Assembly: GCA_965116495.1 (NCBI GenBank)
Contig: OZ220696.1
Location: 800,001-864,000 of the forward strand
DNA from: Gammaproteobacteria bacterium
Lineage (GTDB): Bacteria > Pseudomonadota > Gammaproteobacteria > Eutrophobiales > Eutrophobiaceae
Length of the DNA stretch: 64,000 nucleotides
Reading direction: 5' to 3'
Shown piece by piece: positions 60,327-64,000 of the stretch. Numbering within the stretch: position 1 is the first letter of the stretch; each line of letters opens with the position of its first letter. A model generated the notes under the pieces. That model saw nothing but the letters and a program-made list of their open reading frames with translations. It was not told the DNA's origin and did not search any database. The translations under genes were made by a program, and so were the position numbers.

Positions 60327-61215
60327 TTATTCCGATTTCAAGGCGGGTTACGTTTCCATTATAGGTCGACCCAACGTCGGCAAGTCGACACTGCTGAACC
60401 GGCTTATCGATCATAAAATCAGTATCGTTTCCAGGAAACCGCAAACCACTCGCTGGCAGATAAAAGGGATTAAATCGACCCCGGAATACCAGATTGTCTT
60501 TACCGACACCCCAGGGTACCAAAACACCCACAAGAGTGCGATCCACCGCTATATGAACAGGGAGGTGATAAACTCACTGGCGCATATCGACGTGGTGTTG
60601 TTCGTCGTCGAGGCTGTGAAGTGGAACCACAGGGATGACCTGGTCGCGGGTTTGCTGGATGAAATCACTGCGCCACTGGTGCTGGTAATCAATAAACTGG
60701 ACCTGCTCAAGGACCACGCTGCATTACTGCCGTACATAGATGATTTGAAAGAAAAGCTGCCGTTCGCGGAAATCATCCCTCTCTGTGCAAGGCGCCGGCG
60801 GGACGTTGAATTGCTGGAACGAAAAGTGGCCTCAATGCTGCCTGCAGGAGAACCCCTGTTTCCAGTTGACCAGGTAAGCGATAAAAGCACGCGTTTCATC
60901 GCAGCTGAATATATCCGGGAGAAGGTTATGGCGCACATGGGAGATGAACTGCCTTACAGGGTATCCGTTACCATTGACGAATATAATGACGAGAGAACAT
61001 TATTGTCCATATTTGCCACCATCTGGGTAGAACGCCGGTCACACCGCGCCATCCTTATTGGTGAAAACGGCAGGATGTTAAAATCTATCGGCGCTGAGGC
61101 GCGCATTGAACTGGAGAAATTCTTCACTAAAAAAGTATTTCTGCAAACCTGGGTAAAAACCAAACAAAGCTGGACTGAAGATGTCAAGGCGTTGAAGACA
61201 CTGGGTTATAATTGA
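60304..61215 (+). CDS. era: GTPase Era
   Basis: GRPNVGKST, DTPG, NKLD, ELPY, KH domain. Confidence 0.97.
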   Translation: MSFYTDPNYSDFKAGYVSIIGRPNVGKSTLLNRLIDHKISIVSRKPQTTRWQIKGIKSTPEYQIVFTDTPGYQNTHKSAIHRYMNREVINSLAHIDVVLFVVEAVKWNHRDDLVAGLLDEITAPLVLVINKLDLLKDHAALLPYIDDLKEKLPFAEIIPLCARRRRDVELLERKVASMLPAGEPLFPVDQVSDKSTRFIAAEYIREKVMAHMGDELPYRVSVTIDEYNDERTLLSIFATIWVERRSHRAILIGENGRMLKSIGAEARIELEKFFTKKVFLQTWVKTKQSWTEDVKALKTLGYN

Positions 61216-61375
61216 GAATTACGAATTACGAATTACGAATTGAGAATTACGAATTATGAATTACGAATTACGAATTAAAGGTAGGACTTCGTTGTGTATA
61301 TTCCCCATAACGACTGCATATACCCTACATTCCTAATTCCTAATTCTTAATTCCTAATTCCTAATTCCTAATTGA
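61210..61375. repeat. Facing heptamer arrays: (AATTACG-like)x10 and (TAATTCC-like)x6 around an ~50-bp core
   Basis: Read directly; fills the whole era-recO gap. Confidence 0.92.
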
Positions 61376-61379
61376 ATTT

Positions 61380-62093
61380 ATGCGGGTTGAACTGAACCCC
61401 TGTTATATCCTGCACAATCGCTCATACCGTGAGACGAGCTTGATACTGGACGTGTTTTCGCGCCGGCATGGCAGGATTGGCCTGGTGGCGAAAGGGGCCA
61501 GAAAACAGAAAAATGACAAGCGGGCATTGTTACAGCCGGGTCGCAAAATCAGTATGGCCTGGACGATGCGCAGGGAACTGGGCACCATGACCCAGGCAGA
61601 ACCCTGCCAGGGCAGTCAGACGCATGGAACGGGAGGACTGTTGACTGTTTTTTATATCAATGAATTGCTGGTTAAATTACTGCATCGGCATGAACCGCAT
61701 CCGGAACTTTTCGATGCCTATGATGAAGCAATCGGCAGGTTAATTGATACATCGACGGAGCAAACCACTCTCAGGATATTTGAAAAGCGATTGCTTGAAG
61801 CGCTGGGGTATGGATTGGTGCTGGGTTCGGATATTGAAGGCAATGCCATCAAGGCGGAACAGAAATATAATTACCTGTTGGAACAAGGCCCGGTTCTGCG
61901 TGATTCTCCTGACGGAAACGGCATGAGAATCTCCGGTCGAACATTGGCAGCCCTGGCTGAAGAGAAGCTCGGTGATGACCATGTGCTGGCTGAGGCCAAA
62001 CAACTGATGAGAATGGCGTTGGGTAATTTACTGGGCAACAAGCCGCTGGTCAGCCGGGAATTATACACCTACAGTTTGAACATGAAACAGTAA
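61380..62093 (+). CDS. recO: DNA repair protein RecO
   Basis: [34 protein letters not shown]; operon position. Confidence 0.95.
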   Translation: MRVELNPCYILHNRSYRETSLILDVFSRRHGRIGLVAKGARKQKNDKRALLQPGRKISMAWTMRRELGTMTQAEPCQGSQTHGTGGLLTVFYINELLVKLLHRHEPHPELFDAYDEAIGRLIDTSTEQTTLRIFEKRLLEALGYGLVLGSDIEGNAIKAEQKYNYLLEQGPVLRDSPDGNGMRISGRTLAALAEEKLGDDHVLAEAKQLMRMALGNLLGNKPLVSRELYTYSLNMKQ

Positions 62094-62101
62094 AACAGCC
62101 A

Positions 62102-62833
62102 ATGAATCCGATAAAACTGGGCGTTAACATCGACCACGTGGCAACGTTGCGCCAGGCAAGATTTACCCGGTATCCCGAGCCGGTTCACGCTGCTTTGACA
62201 GCCGAGCAGGCCGGCGCCGACTCAATAACCATACACCTGCGCGAGGACCGCCGGCATATCCAGGAAAGGGACGTGGAAATGTTGAAGGACGTTCTGACGA
62301 TACCGATCAACCTGGAAATGGCGGTCACTGAAGAAATGTTGACGCTGGCGGAAAAATTCCGACCGGATTACTGCTGTTTCGTCCCTGAGCGGCGGGAAGA
62401 GTTGACCACGGAGGGCGGCCTGGAAGTGGCCGGCCAGCAGGAAAGGGTCTCCGCAGCCTGCGCCAGGCTGCAGGACAACGGTTCCAGGATATCCCTGTTC
62501 ATAGATGCAGATGCCGGCCAGATAGACGCGGCAGTCAATGCCGGCGCCGACATGATAGAAATTCACACGGGGCATTATGCGGATTGCGACGGTCCTGAAG
62601 CGCTCACCGTTGAATACAACAGGATTGTCCGGGCAGTGGAGCATGCAGCGGAAACCCCGTTGCAAATCAACGCCGGACACGGACTGCATTACCATAACGT
62701 CAACCCGATCGCCGCGCTCGAACAGGTTGCCGAGCTGAACATCGGCCATTCCATCATAGCCAGGGCGCTATTCTCCGGCCTCTACCAGGCGGTTAAGGAC
62801 ATGAAGGCCCTGATGGACGAAGCCAGACGATAG
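62102..62833 (+). CDS. pdxJ: Pyridoxine 5'-phosphate synthase
   Basis: [42 protein letters not shown]. Confidence 0.97.
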   Translation: MNPIKLGVNIDHVATLRQARFTRYPEPVHAALTAEQAGADSITIHLREDRRHIQERDVEMLKDVLTIPINLEMAVTEEMLTLAEKFRPDYCCFVPERREELTTEGGLEVAGQQERVSAACARLQDNGSRISLFIDADAGQIDAAVNAGADMIEIHTGHYADCDGPEALTVEYNRIVRAVEHAAETPLQINAGHGLHYHNVNPIAALEQVAELNIGHSIIARALFSGLYQAVKDMKALMDEARR

Positions 62834-62854
62834 CCCGGAGCGGGTATGATGAAG

Positions 62855-63808
62855 TTACGCCTGCCCATGGGAAATGTGGTTTAAAACCGCATCCAGGTCT
62901 GCCGGCAACGGTGCGACAAATCGATATTCTCCGGTTTTTTTCAATGCCGGTACGGTGAGTTTGCCGGCGTGTAAAAACATGCGCTTCAGGCCCAGCGCGC
63001 GCATCTTCCTGTTGAATTCCCTGTCACCGTATTTTCCGTCACCGGCAAGGGGATGGCCGATCGAGTTGGCATGGACCCTGATTTGATGAGTCCGGCCGGT
63101 AGCAATCCTGACCCTGACGTGAGTTGCATTCCGGTAAACCCTTACTGACGAAAATTCGGATACGGCAGCCTTGCCGGTACTTTCAACCCTGACCAGCCCT
63201 TCACCGTAGCGGTTCCTGTGACGTTGTAACGGACTATCAACCCTAATCTTTTTATCGTGCAGGCGGCCTTGCAACAGGGCCTGGTATTCTTTATGCACGG
63301 CGCCCATTTTCAAGGCCTGGTTGAGCCGGCGCAGGACAACCATATTTTTTGCTACCAGCAGACAACCGGAAGTCTCCTTATCCAGCCGGTGAATCAAATG
63401 CAGATCCTGCTTTTGCCGGTATAACCGGCGCAGGAGTTCAATAACTCCAAATACACTTCCGCCGCCTGCATGTACGACAAGACCGGGGGGCTTGTTAACG
63501 ACAATAAGCTGCTCATCCTCGTACATCACACAGGTTTTTATCATCTCGACCAGGCGCACCGGTGGGTCGGCGGCGCGTTCGGCAGGTTGTTCAAATACGG
63601 GGGGAATTCGGAGAATGTCCCCCGGTTGCAAACGATAGTCCTGCTTGATGCGGCCACCGTTTGCCCTGACCTCGCCGCGTCTCAGCATCTGGTATATGCG
63701 ACTTTTGGGTATGGGTTTCAGGTAAGCGAGTAAAAAATTATCAATGCGCCGGTCGGCATGTTCATCATCGATGACAACCCTTTCCGTTTTGCGTGTTTTA
63801 TAAATCAT
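62855..63808 (-). CDS. rluC: 23S rRNA pseudouridine synthase RluC
   Basis: S4 domain RIDNFL..PKSRIY, HRLDKETSG, TGRTHQIRVH, MFLHA; start moved to ATG 63808. Confidence 0.92.
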   Translation of the reverse strand: MIYKTRKTERVVIDDEHADRRIDNFLLAYLKPIPKSRIYQMLRRGEVRANGGRIKQDYRLQPGDILRIPPVFEQPAERAADPPVRLVEMIKTCVMYEDEQLIVVNKPPGLVVHAGGGSVFGVIELLRRLYRQKQDLHLIHRLDKETSGCLLVAKNMVVLRRLNQALKMGAVHKEYQALLQGRLHDKKIRVDSPLQRHRNRYGEGLVRVESTGKAAVSEFSSVRVYRNATHVRVRIATGRTHQIRVHANSIGHPLAGDGKYGDREFNRKMRALGLKRMFLHAGKLTVPALKKTGEYRFVAPLPADLDAVLNHISHGQA

Positions 63809-64000
63809 CAATGAATTATGAATTATGACATTGCCGTAACGCTTTATATTTGTTATAGTTGCCGTGTCGATGCTGATCATCATATATCCTGCAAGGATAA
63901 GCCATATCAGGACACATGTCTTTAACGGGAACAGAAATTGAGAAACGGAGCCTGAATAAACCGGATTAGTTTTGACTAACGGTGCTCCGAACCTGACATC

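Noticed and set aside
63810-64000. Possible rne leader RNA divergent from rluC
   Set aside because: Expected from synteny only; the downstream gene is outside the window and no structure could be confirmed.

Overview
Gammaproteobacterial chromosome segment, inferred from the conserved core gene order; the Na+-coupled enzymes suggest a possibly marine host. The left ~45 kb is an accessory catabolic region. It holds a split anthraniloyl-CoA monooxygenase (abm-type) cluster, an orphan nirBD, and an anaerobe-type glutaryl-CoA dehydrogenase with a Na+-pumping glutaconyl-CoA decarboxylase. It also holds a Rieske dioxygenase/CoA-ligase/non-canonical thiolase/DUF35/SDR operon resembling iad indole-3-acetate loci, and an island with a Mo-hydroxylase, an ATP-dependent hydantoinase fused to an acetone-carboxylase-gamma-like domain, two luciferase-like enzymes, two paralogous hydrolases and a TonB receptor. 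It ends with a TTQ amine dehydrogenase lacking local maturation genes, followed by a second Rieske alpha subunit and an old-yellow-enzyme. The right ~19 kb is core genome (dksA, queF, smc, ligA, nadB, rpoE, rseA, degP, lepA, lepB, rnc, era, recO, pdxJ, rluC). Intergenic DNA carries at least five families of short inverted-repeat cassettes, several of which supply start or stop codons of host genes, plus a 162-bp MITE with CAGGG ends and a 10-bp target duplication. All functional calls rest on motif recognition and gene context; no database search was run.
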